64,000 nucleotides of DNA, taken from NCBI GenBank assembly GCA_002269645.1, contig NIVC01001530.1:1-64000 (forward strand), written 5' to 3'. The notes under the pieces are model-generated. The model was given only the letters and a program-made list of their open reading frames with translations. It made no database searches and was not told the DNA's origin. The number at the start of each line of letters is the position of its first letter. Position 1 is the stretch's first letter. A program made the position numbers and the translations under genes. This stretch comes from Macrostomum lignano. Its lineage: Eukaryota. Below, piece after piece: positions 1 through 30,500 of this stretch.

Positions 1-379
1 TACTAGCTGTCAACAGGACTATAATTGACTTCCAATCACCTCTGGGTGTTTGTTTATATAGGCGTGGCACCCCACCCCAGGCATTGTTTGTTTTAAATTG
101 CCTATCAGTTCATTTAATCAAAAGCTGAATTTTCATTGGCTGACTGCCCTGATTTCCCAGTTGACCACTCCTGGCCTTCCTAATAGCTGGCCTCTAATTG
201 GCTGTTTCGATTTCCTTCTCTCACCTAATGAAATCCCATTTGTTTGCTCGCTCCGTGCCTTACCCTGCTACTAATTCTTCCCTGATTCAGAATTTCAGTC
301 TCTCTAATAGGCTCCACACAGAGATTAGCCTTTTCAGATAGCACTGACATCTGTTTGGGGGCTTGGTCTGACTGCGCGT

Positions 380-1899
380 GTAATAGCGTGCAAAGCGACT
401 ATAATAGTTACATAATCCTAGAAAGCTTTGTAATTCCTTCACCTCCTTTGGCTTCGGCCAACTCTTAATAGCTTCTATTTTTGTCTCGTCGGTACTAATG
501 CCTTCTCTACCGATTACATGGCCAAGTATTTTAGCTCACTATGGAATAAATTACATTTCATGGCTCTCAACTTTAGTCCTGCATTAATAAGTCTTTGGAA
601 AACTTCCTTCAAATGCTCTAAATGCTCTTCAAATTGTATCAAATAGGTCACGATGTCATCTATGTACGACATGGCATATTTATGCTGAATGCCCGCCAAT
701 ACAAGATTCATGAGCCTTTGAAAAGTGCCTGGCACATTAGATAGACCTTGCGCCATCACCTGATACTCAAATTGCCCTCTAGTTAAAGTTGAAAATGCAG
801 TCATGTGTTTATGCTCTTCCTTAATTGGAACCTGCCAATAACCAGAATTTAGGTCAAGGCTACTAAAGTACTGACTGCCCATCAAATGCAAGAATGTTTT
901 CTGAATATTAGGCAATGGATATGGGAAATAATTTACCCTAGAATTTAGTACTCTGAAATCACTCACAATGCAAATAGTACCATCCTTCTTGGGTACAATC
1001 ACTAAGGGTGTTGAGTACATAGAGTAGCATGGTTGAATTAAATTCTTAGCTAGCATGTCATCTAACTGAGCATCTACCTGCTTCTGAAGATGAGGGAGAA
1101 TCCTTCTAGTCAGGATCCTTACAGGCATCTCATCCTTTAATGAAATTTCATGCGTCACTAGCTGAGTTAGTCCCATATCCAATTCATTCTGCGAAAAGGC
1201 TTCACCGTGCTCTCTCATGAGCTGAATCACTATCTCCTTTTGCTCTTTTGTTAAATTCTTGCTAATATTAATTTCGCTAATCCAAGACTCATCATTAGAT
1301 TGGGCCTGATTGACTCGCCCAGTAACTGGCTCTGGTTGATTTTTCTCACTAGTCAGATAGGTAAGTTCTCTAGCTCTCATTGGCTTGGCTAAACCTACTA
1401 GCGATGATTTTGGCAATTTAACTTCTACTGGACTCGAGTTCACGACTTCCACTATAGCTACTCCTTCATGCATAGTCACTAGAGTTGGATTCATCTCTAA
1501 AGTTTCCTCTCTTGCTCTCACGCCATTTCCAATTGTCTCAATTGTCATCGGAGCTCCATAATTAGCTTCTGAGTTTTTTGCTAAGCGCACAGGAACTCGC
1601 AATGCACTGTTAGGTGGAATGACTGCCTTTTCCTGCATGTACACTTGGCAAACCTTCAATGGAAGGTGGGTGTATTGCATAGGAATACATGTTCCTTCTT
1701 TCAAGATGAGCATACCTTTTGCTAGATGAATGCCCTCACACTGTTCTAGGAAAAACTCCATTCCAAGTATGTTGTCACACTCGTGGCTACATAATAGGAA
1801 ATCAATTTCGATCTCAAAGTCTCCGAATTTCACTACAGCATGCACTTCGCCATCTAACTGAACTCTTGTTCTATCAAATGTGGAAACTCTCTTAAACAT
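380..1899 (-). mobile_element. Degenerate Ty3/gypsy LTR-retrotransposon pol fragment (partial protease, reverse transcriptase)
   Basis: ORF 1899..514 has gypsy RT motifs (TPLVIVPKKDG, DFRVLN, YPLPNI, LDLNSGYWQV, GLSNVPGTFQR, YIDD, KLRAMKC). A frameshift near 520 continues in another frame as HVIGREGISTDETKIEAIKSWPKPKEVKELQSFLGLCNYYSRF to ~385. The protease catalytic D(T/S)G, RNase H, integrase and LTRs are not seen. Confidence 0.92.
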
Positions 1900-3199
1900 A
1901 GCTCGTAGGCCCTTCTACAACTGCTCAATACCTATTTAACTTTTAAATAGACTGATTACTTTATTTTATTTTATTTTAATTACTTTTCTTTTATTCAATT
2001 TAAAATCAGTAAGTTTATTAACTGTTTTAGCAAAGTATTTAGGGTCTATTGAAGGGCACTCATTAATTGCATGGTAACTGTGTAAATAGTACTATCATTA
2101 TTAACATGTAACAAGTAACTAAAATTAAGACTAGTATATAAACTAGTTTTATGTACTTCTTAAAGCTATATTTCTATAGCTTTATAATATAGTTCAGTTA
2201 TATTTGACCACAAATCTATCTTTTTAAAGGCAAATAAGTTGCATTATTCTTTGTACTTTTAAAATACCTTTCATACTTTGAAAATGAGTATTACGTCTAC
2301 ATGTACAAGCTAAAAAAAAATTCTAAGCTATAAAAACATCTAAATTATGCTTAAACTCCATCTACTAACTTTAGTTAGTTAAAATTCAATATAAAAATAC
2401 AAGATACAGGGACAATATTGAGTAGTCCCTGATGGGATAAGTATTTAGATGGTATTTTTTTAGTTACCATGTTAAAAACACTGGCAATATTTACATGGTA
2501 CCGTGCAAATAATGACTACCTTAATGAAGTGTATAACTAACTTCTATTTTTATTTTGCTATCAATATAATAAAAAAAATTATCTTTGTGCCCTTATTTAT
2601 AGATTGTTTTACCTTCAGTATAAATAAAATATAAATTGTTTGTCAAATCAAGACTTATTCCTTAATTTATATTATAGGCTTTTTCCTAAAATGTTTTTTC
2701 TTTGTCACTTTGTCACAAAATTCATTTGTCCCAAATTTGTTGGCAGTGTCTTTTGCCAAAATGTCTTGTTGCAAAATTACTAGTAGCCTAGGTATATTAA
2801 ATATTAGGTAGTCTTGAATACCATTATTTTTTATTTAAAAAGATCAATATAATATATAGAGCAAGCATAGTATAATAGTATAGTATAAGTATTGTGTAGT
2901 ATAATATTATAATATAATTTTTAATTTCATTAGGCCTATAGTATTAGTTGTTTGTTATTTTACATACTATATATTAGTATTATTTTTAGTAAAACTATTC
3001 AAATATATCTAGCTTAGGCCTATATGTATATAGATAAATTCCTATAAAATATTAAAAATGTATAAATGTATAAATGTCTTTTAAGAAAAATATATATATT
3101 TAAATAATTTTACTGAAATGTCTTTATAATAATATGTAAAAGCAAAATATATAGATAAATAAAGTGATAGATATGTTTCTTATTTTTAAGAATATTAGG

Positions 3200-4790
3200 C
3201 CTATATCCTCTTCCTGCCTAACCAGAATCCATAATTTGTCTGTTCCCGACTGCTTGGTAACTTGGTAAGCAGTGCTTACCATAGATATTTTATGGCATAG
3301 CATGTCATTTCCATTCCTGCCGGCTAGGCATACTGATCCAGCTTGGCTCAAACTGACGCACTAGATGGGAAGGAAATGAACAGCACTACTGCTTTAGCCA
3401 ATAAAACAGTTTCACTTGCTGCCTGCTTTGTATGTGCTGCTTACCATAGAAATCTGTGCTCAGACAGCAAGTCCCCTTTGTAGATAAACTAGCTTTCTTA
3501 CAGTAACACTCTTACCATCTTGTTTGTTAGCCTTTTCTTGCTAAATATGACACAGTATTTACTCACTGATATCCTAAAGTACATGGCTTCTGCCTCTGAG
3601 ATCGACTACATGACCTCTGACAGTGAAGCAAGCCTCAACTCCTACTTAACAATAGACAAGGAGCCTGGCGAGGAGGTTGGCGAAGAAGCACTGGATGGCA
3701 ATCCTCCAACCATAGAAGGGCCTGACGGCGAGGAAGAACAGGAGTTTGCAGATGGCGATGCTGCTGAAGTTGAGAATGTTTGGCGACTTGTCGAGCCTGG
3801 GTCCAATGAAGGGACAGAATGTTTTAAATTTACCGGAACTGCTGGCCTCAATCCGAACTTTGTAATTCCTGAGGATGTTGAGAAGGATAAGTCTTTATTT
3901 TTACAAATGTTTCTTTCTGAAGAGTTTTTCCAAGGCCTCGCTGAATGGACAAACGCCAAGATGGCCACCATGCTGATGGAACTGGATCCTGAGATGGACG
4001 TCCTTCCATCCATTGTATCTAGCTGGCGGGACTGCACCACAAGTGAGATAAAAAAGCTAGTCGGCATGCACCTGTACATGGGCCTGAACAAAAAGTCCAA
4101 GCTACATGACTACTGGAGCTGTGGAGCACAGACGATTTTCACTGCATACCTTACTTTCAGAAGCCCGAGGCGTTAGCTCGCGATAGATTCAAACAGCTGC
4201 TAACATTTCTGCGCTTCTACGACAGCAGGGAAGAAGCAAGCGCCGACCCACATACACAAGATTCGTCCATTCATGAATCTGCTTTCCGCTAAAACTAAAG
4301 TTTTCATCCTTTCTGTTTACTGTTTTTGGCTCTTGTCTTTATCTCAAATTAGTTCACAACTCTTGATAATTTATATTAGTTTCGCTAGTTATAGTTTCTG
4401 TAGTGCACAAGCCGTACGCTCTGTATGCGCAGTAAGTTCAATCAGCCAGAATATTATCAGGTTTTTCATTCTCGTTTTTGTTGTTTAACTCTGTTATTAG
4501 TAAATTCGATTTCAAACTTTATTAAAGCCTCTTCAAACAAAATGTGTGTTTTTGAACCAAAGCACAAAGAAACGTTATTGACAAAACAATTAAGAATGTA
4601 GAATGCAAAGCCTATTATTGTCAGAAAACAAGAAAACCTAGAATACTCATGGTAAGCAGTGCTTACCATATCCAGCAAGAATGGATACTACCAATTTAGC
4701 CATAGAATTTAATTTACTCTGGTTGGCAGAAAGTTGAGTTGGGCCATGGTAAGCACTGCTTACCATCAGTCTTTTCGTGGATATATAATT
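3200..4790 (+). mobile_element. Internally deleted, frameshifted piggyBac-family transposon remnant (ends approximate)
   Basis: 3580-4290 encodes the piggyBac N-terminal region: acidic tract, FxxMFLSEE..L...TN, EIKKLVGMHLYMG...DYWS, then out of frame TDDFHCIPYF...RDRFKQLLTFLRF and HKIRPFMNLL. Homology stops near 4290 with no DDD core. Palindromic motifs occur at 3263-3281, 4649-4669 and 4746-4766. TTAA-bounded termini were not identified. Confidence 0.8.
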
Positions 4791-5344
4791 CTTTAACTAA
4801 ATGATTTTAACTAAAGTTTTTTAAAACTGGCAGATGCACAACATAGATACAAGAAAAAAGCCCTAGGCCAAAAAATGAATAAAAAAATGCAATACAATTT
4901 GAAAATTACAAAACATGGCAAAAAGAATAGATAATGACTAAAATAAAAACCCCAAAATAGAATTCAATATTCTAAAACTATACTCAAAGTCTCAAACAAC
5001 AATTATGTTATTCTTGCAATGTTTTACATATGCTATGCTTTTGGCACTGCTGCTTGTCAACTACAACTCTCTAATATGCCTTGCTATTCAACTTTGCTAT
5101 TCAATGTGATACCATTTGCCTTTCTTGAATCTACAAAGTGACACTAAAAATTTTTGAAAATGTAAAAGATGGCTGTCTATAATTTGTTAACTTATTCCAA
5201 TAGGGATTAAATACCATTGGTAGACATGTTGGTAGTAGGCAAGTTTCTAGCAGATAAGCTTACTTGTATTTATTTTGACAAACAAGTTGGCAGTAGACAA
5301 AGTGACTAGGCCAGCCTAGAAGTGACCCTTCTTAAGCAAAATGG

Positions 5345-5530
5345 CTGTCTTTTTCTTTCAACTTTTGTTATCTTTTTGCTTACTATTTCTTTTCTTTTTC
5401 CTTTTAATTTTCCTTTTTTTTCCTCACTCTTTCTTATCTCTTCCCTTTCCTTTTCTCTTTTCCCTCTCTTTTCTTTCTTACCACTCTTTGCTCCTTTCTT
5501 TTTTTTCTCTCTTTCCTTTTCTTTCTCCTT
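5345..5530. repeat. Pyrimidine-rich (T/C) low-complexity tract
   Basis: Nearly pure T/C sequence that generates the F/L/S-rich spurious ORFs. Confidence 0.8.
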
Positions 5531-6044
5531 ACTAGCAAGGAAACAAAAATTTAAAATTCTTTAGCTGAAAGTTAGCAAGAAATATTCTAGCCAAATTTGG
5601 CTTTGGATCTGAAATTTGTTAGTAAGAACCTTGCTAGCAAAATGTTAGGCATAGTCTGCTAGCACAATGTTTACTTATGAAAATTTAGCAAGCAACTGTT
5701 TAATAAGTAGGCCTATAAAATATCTTGAACTATTTGTTTATTTCTCTTTGGCTGTCAGAATGACTAGAATGTATATTCTTAGTCGAAGTATAGCTAAGGC
5801 CAAAGTTCAAACTCTATAACCTAAGCTCCCTCCCCTCCTCTTCTCTTTTTACTTTCATCTGGCTCACAGCCATGAGCTGGATTCTATATCTGGCCCTTTG
5901 GGTAAAAACGTTTGCAACCCATGATCTACATACAGTTACTAAGCTTATCCCTATTATACTTAATAGTGCTAAAAGTTAGTCCACATTGATTAGCTTGAAC
6001 CTCATATTAATTTAAATTCTCTTCCAGATCGACAGTCCACGTAA

Positions 6045-24610
<18,566 letters not shown>

Positions 24611-24884
24611 TGATGGTATAAGACTGTGTGGTCAGACTTTTTTGAAGGCCGATTTGTCATTCTATGGTTTAGTATATGAAATCAATATTTTATGCGCAGG
24701 AGAATGCTTCTAACTTGAAATTAATTTCTTTGAGCCACAGACTTAGCAGAAATCCTGAAATTCCTAGAATTACGAAAATATTAAAAGTGGATTTATTAGC
24801 AACAAGCTTGAAAAACCGTAAATTTCAACAATGAAATTGGATGCTCCATGACACTCGAGTTATGACACGAACAACCTTAGTAAC

Positions 24885-25135
24885 TTAAAGTTCCGCCGAC
24901 TCCCCTGAGCAGGCATACAAGCGCGCGGATACGTACGCAGTCACACACTCACACAGGAGTGTACAGCGGCCCTGACTTCATTTATCTTTAGGCATGTACA
25001 CTTCACTGTGCCTTGGGGGTTGGCGCTCAAAGCCGTTATTGCACGAGCAGAGCCAAGCCGAGATTCCAATTCAGCCCCAAATTAATGCGACTGCACTTGG
25101 AATCGAGCCTGGGCCGCTGGGGTATGGCCCCCTCA
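24885..25135 (-). mobile_element. Probable tRNA-derived SINE (5'-truncated) in the putative HEATR5B 3' UTR
   Basis: GC-rich island in AT-rich sequence. The minus strand starts GGGGCCATACCCCAGCGGCCCAGGCTCGATTCC (B-box-like GGCTCGATTCC). Segment 24944-24993 has a diverged homologue at 43555-43602. Confidence 0.5.
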
Positions 25136-25879
25136 AGTAGAAAGTAACAAAATACTAAAATTTTGAGTACATTGTAGTTTAAATATCGAAAGTGCTGCTG
25201 GTATATTTAACTAATATTTTATCACATGCTTTATTTTATGTTCGTTCGTAGCTAGAATAGTGCAAGGTGTACTTAAAAAGACTAAAAGCCTACAGTTATG
25301 CTGTCCCTATCTTATTGTTTTCGCTCTGTTTAGTTAATTAATTTATAATCCCTTTGAAGCCTATTTATATTCGTGCTAGATAGTGCATTAATGGATTGCT
25401 AATCAAGATTTGCAACCTGTGTATACTCGCTATAATTTATATTTATTGTTATCTTAGTAGAGCTTGTAAGAACTTATTTGTGTTTTTATTAAAAATCTGT
25501 GATGCTTAAAGTTAATCTTAAAGTTTGCGCGCCTCTGTGTTCAAACAAATTAATCATAATTCATAATCATAATGATGTTGTAATAACTATAATCGTGTCG
25601 TTTGCATAAATTTGTTTGCTATTATATCTTCTTCAATGATTTCATCACATGAAACTTTAATAATCTCTCATTTCATTTCAATTTTCATTGTTATTTTAAT
25701 CTTGATGTTTAAGCTGTTTTATTCTGTAATAATTTAAATCACTTATTGTCAAAATTGTGGTACAATATCTATTGAAAATAGAATTCTTGTTGTGCCTATC
25801 TACCAATTATAAACTGTTTGAGTTTCTTATAGAGCTTTTGAGTAATAAACTTGATCGTTATTAATTCGGTTTTAAATAG

Positions 25880-27507
25880 CTTAGCAACAGTTGGGGTTCA
25901 AGCCATAGACAGTGTGTATTTCCCCGCTATTGTTCTAGCAACAGCTGGGGTTCAAGCCATAGACAGCGTGTGTTTCCCCGCTATTGTTCTAGCAACAGCT
26001 GGGGTTCAAGCCATAGACAGTGTGTGTTTCCCTGCTATTGTTCTAGCAACAGCTGGGGTTCAAGCCATAGACAGTGTGTGTTTCCCCGCTATTGTTCTAG
26101 CAACAGCTGGGGTTCAAGCCATAGACAGTGTGTTTCCCCGCTATTGTTCTAGCAACAGCTGGGGTTCAAGCCATAGACAGCGTGTGTTTCCCCGCTATTG
26201 TTCTAGCAACAGCTGGGGTTCAAGCCATAGACAGTGTGTGTTTCCCCGCTATTGTTCTAGCAACAGCTGGGGTTCAAGCCATAGACAGTGTGTGTTTCCC
26301 TGCTATTGTTCTAGCAACAGCTGGGGTTCAAGCCATAGACAGTGTGTGTTTCCCCGCTATTGTTCTAGCAACAGCTGGGGTTCAAGCCATAGACAGTGTG
26401 TTTCCCCGCTATTGTTCTAGCAACAGCTGGGGTTCAAGCCATAGACAGCGTGTGTTTCCCCGCTATTGTTCTAGCAACAGCTGGGGTTCAAGCCATAGAC
26501 AGTGTGTGTTTCCCCGCTATTGTTCTAGCAACAGCTGGGGTTCAAGCCATAGACAGTGTGTGTTTCCCTGCTATTGTTCTAGCAACAGCTGGGGTTCAAG
26601 CCATAGACAGCGTGTGTTTCCCCGCTATTGTTCTAGCAACAGCTGGGGTTCAAGCCATAGTGTGTTTCCCCGCTATTGTTCTAGCAACAGCTGGGGTTCA
26701 AGCCATAGACAGCGTGTGTTTCCCCGCTATTGTTCTAGCAACAGCTGGGGTTCAAGCCATAGACAGTGTGTGTTTCCCTGCTATTGTTCTAGCAACAGCT
26801 GGGGTTCAAGCCATAGACAGTGTGTGTTTCCCTGCTATTGTTCTAGCAACAGCTGGGGTTCAAGCCATAGACAGCGTGTGTTTCCCCGCTATTGTTCTAG
26901 CAACAGCTGGGGCTCAAGCCATAGACAGTGTGTTTCCCCGCTATTGTTCTAGCAACAGCTGGGGTTCAAGCCATAGACAGTGTGTTTCCCCGCTATTGTT
27001 CTAGCAACAGCTGGGGTTCAAGCCATAGACAGTGTGTTTCCCTGCTATTGTTCTAGCAACAGCTGGGGTTCAAGCCATAGACAGTGTGTGTTTCCCTGCT
27101 ATTGTTCTAGCAACAGTTGGGGTTTAAGCCATAGACAGTGTGTGTTTCCCTGCTATTGTTCTAGCAACAGCTGGGGTTCAAGCCATAGACAGTGTGTGTT
27201 TCCCTGCTATTGTTCTAGCAACAGCTGGGGTTCAAGCCATAGACAGCGTGTGTTTCCCCGCTATTGTTCTAGCAACAGCTGGGGCTCAAGCCATAGACAG
27301 TGTGTTTCCCCGCTATTGTTCTAGCAACAGCTGGGGTTCAAGCCATAGACAGTGTGTTTCCCCGCTATTGTTCTAGCAACAGCTGGGGTTCAAGCCATAG
27401 ACAGTGTGTTTCCCTGCTATTGTTCTAGCAACAGCTGGGGTTCAAGCCATAGACAGTGTGTGTTTCCCTGCTATTGTTCTAGCAACAGTTGGGGTTTAAG
27501 CCATAGA
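25880..27507. repeat. Intergenic minisatellite, 54/52-bp unit, ~30 copies
   Basis: Unit TAGCAACAGCTGGGGTTCAAGCCATAGACAGTGTGTGTTTCCCCGCTATTGTTC; length variants differ by one GT; no spacers between units. Confidence 0.96.
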
Positions 27508-27599
27508 ATTTTGAATAATTTTTCATGTAATATGTTACGCAAAAATCAAATTTATCTTCATGCTGTCAATTAATCAGTAAATCGATAATCAATACTTCT

Positions 27600-30500
27600 A
27601 TGGCTACAAGCAGCGGAAGTAGTAAAGAGAAATCTACCGAATCAAATGAATTGACTTCGAATTTGACGCCAGCAGACGCGATTGCCACGTCGTCCGACTG
27701 GGAGATTGTCGACCCAGCTCAGCCGGCCGCATCTGCGAGTCAGCAACAGAATAACTATTCGACAAATAGTAGCAGCTCTTCTGTAGAAGTGCTTCGAGTG
27801 TCTGAAGCTGACGACACCTGTGAAGATAATGATGCCGACAATAACTTAGACGGCGGCGATCAAATCGACATTGGTGTCGAATTAAAAGAAGACGAACAGC
27901 AGCCGGTTTCTTCTATGCAAGCTTCATCCGAGACTGTTGCCGCGTCGGCAAACTTGGTTGTTGTTGGCAACGAGGTGCAGCAGCAGCAGCAGCAGCAACA
28001 ATTTTCCGGACAAGCAGAACAGCAACGCATTCTAAAAGCAATTCGTCTGCTGCAGAACTCTCTTCCGACATCGGCTGAGCAACAGCAGCAGCAGCAACCG
28101 CTGCAGTCGTCGCCACCGACGCCGCCGCCGGAGCCGGAACCCGCCCGACTTCGCATCATTCATCGCTGGCTGGACTACGACGAAGACGGCAACGAAGCCG
28201 AGCGCGAATCGCCGCCAGAAAGCGACATCGGATTGGCTGCCGAGCTGCCTAGCGCGGCGGCGGCTTCGGCGGCGGTTGTGGCTCCGCCTGACGGCGACGT
28301 CAACTCAGCCGACTATGGCCACGTGCTGCCAGCCATGCTGGCTGAGGCTGCCAGGCACAGGCAGCGGCAGTACCGGCACAGGCCGAATGAGCCGGTGAAT
28401 GGCTGGCTGAGCGTGCTTTGCCTGGTGGCGCTGGCCTTTGCTGTCGGACTCGGCCTGGGCCATTTCAATGGATTTTCAAGCGGACGGGATGGCCGACTGC
28501 TGATCGGCTGCCGGGCCTGGCGGGCTGACCAGGTGCGACTTTTTGGGGCAACTGACTGCGTGCCAGAATCCCAGATCCCCATTTGCTGGGCCAGCCTCCC
28601 AGATCCTCAGTTGCTGGGCCAGCCTCTCAGATCCTCAGTTGCTGGGCCAGCCTCTCAGATCCTCAGTTTCTCGGCCAGCCTCTCAGATCCTCAGTTTCTC
28701 GGCCAGCCTCCCAGATCCTCAGTTGTTCGGCTAGCCTCTCAGATCCTCAGTTGCTGGGCCATCCTCTCAGATCCTTAGTTGCTGGGCCAGCCTCCCAGAT
28801 CCTCATTTGCTGGGCCAGCCTCCCAGATCCTCAGTTGCTGGATTAGCCTTTCAGAGTGTCAGTTTCTGAGTCAGTATCCCAGATTCCCAGATTAAGCTAC
28901 AACTCTCAGTCTGGTAGACTGACCCCAGTATAGCCGCCATTATAAATCGATGCCAATAAATTTGGCTCAAATTTGCCAGGCCGCCCGTTCGCGCGCCCTC
29001 CGCCGCGACCTGGCCGCCTGCACTCGGCGCTACGACAATCTGGAGCTGTCAGTCAGCGAACTGAAAACCACCCTAGTTCAGAAGGAGTACGTGGACAAAT
29101 GGGAGAGCTTGTACGCTGAATCGGAGGAGGAGAAGGACGCCCTTCGTGTTGCTATGGAGCTGTACAAAACTCGGTACAACAGGGAGAAGGCTAGAAATGA
29201 AGAGCTTGGGGAGCGTCTTGCCGAAGCCGAGCGAGCTTGCAACTCAACTAAAGCGAATTTGCAGGTACACAATGTACTTTTCTGTCGGCGCTTAATTAGG
29301 AAATGTATGGTTGGTTGCTAGGGTAATCTAATTTAGTCATTGATTGCTAGGTAGAATCTAGTTTAGGCATTAGTTGCTAGGAGTAGTCTTATTTGATAGC
29401 TGGTTGCTAAGGAAAATTTCATTTAGGCATTGGTTTCTAGGAGTAGCCTTATTTGATAGCTGGTTGCTAAGGAAAATCTCATTTGGGCATTGGTTGCTAG
29501 GAGTAGTCTTATTTGATAGCTGGTTGCTAAGGAAAATTTCATTTGGGCATTGGTTGCTAGGAGTAGCCTTATTTGATAGCTGGTTGCTAAGGAAAATCTC
29601 ATTTGGGCATTGGTTGCTAGGAGTAGTCTTATTTGATAGCTGGTTGCTAAGGAAAATTTCATTTAGGCATTGGTTGCTAGGAGTAGCCTTATTTGATAGC
29701 TGGTTGCTAAGGAAAATCTCATTTGGGCATTGGTTGCTAGGAGTAATCTTATTTGTTGTTGGTTGCTAGGGGTAAATCTAATTTAGGCATTGGTTGCTTT
29801 GTAAAATCAAAGTTGAGTTCTAGTTGCTAAGGAAATCTATTTGTTATAAATAAAATCTATATATCCAATTTCAGTTGGACGAGCTAAAAGCCCGGAACGC
29901 AAAACTTCAAGTTGAAATCGAACAGTTTCGAACTTCTATACCGAAACACTCGAAAGATCTTTGCGGTAGGCTCGATCGTTTCCTATCCAATGAATATCCA
30001 GCTTGGTTTAGCGCCCTTAGCAACGGCACAGCAACAGCTGCTAAAGTTGGCGACGGCCTGCTTCGCGGCGTTAATAACGCTTCTGAACGGTTACTAAGGA
30101 AGCTGGGAAATTCGCCCGGAGGCGCATTGATGAAGAAGTTCACTAACGCTACGGTGAAATTGTTCAGAGAGCAGTTCGGCAGCCTAACAGGCCGGTTGCT
30201 AAGGAAGCTGCCGAAGCGCTATTTCGATTTTTCGACTGCCCCGTCGCCGCCGCCGGCCTATTCAACCGAGAATAATAACCAGAAACAGCCTGCCAATGAT
30301 GAAGCTAAGGAGATGAAGCTGGCCAAGGATTCCATTCCCACTGTTCCTATCGTTGTTGCTAAGAATGGCCAGTGCGTCCTTAGCAACGGCGTCAACGACG
30401 CCAACGACGATAGCGGCAAGGCGCGCGCCGCTCTGCGCTGGAGTCTGGACGGCCGGGCGGCGGCGCGAGCGCGCGAACGAAAATCTGACGCCAAAAAGAT

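Noticed and set aside
3642-4100. Antisense ORFs opposite the piggyBac fragment and GC-rich exons (e.g. 23826-24233, 27860-28159)
   Set aside because: Shadow ORFs of real coding sequence with no independent signal.
5885-5930. Possible right end of a hAT-type MITE (GGCCC...GTTTGCAACCCATGATCTA)
   Set aside because: It resembles such ends, but no matching left TIR or TSD was found.
25880-27507. CRISPR-like appearance of the 54-bp array
   Set aside because: Units are head-to-tail with no unique spacers, there are no cas genes, and the context is eukaryotic.
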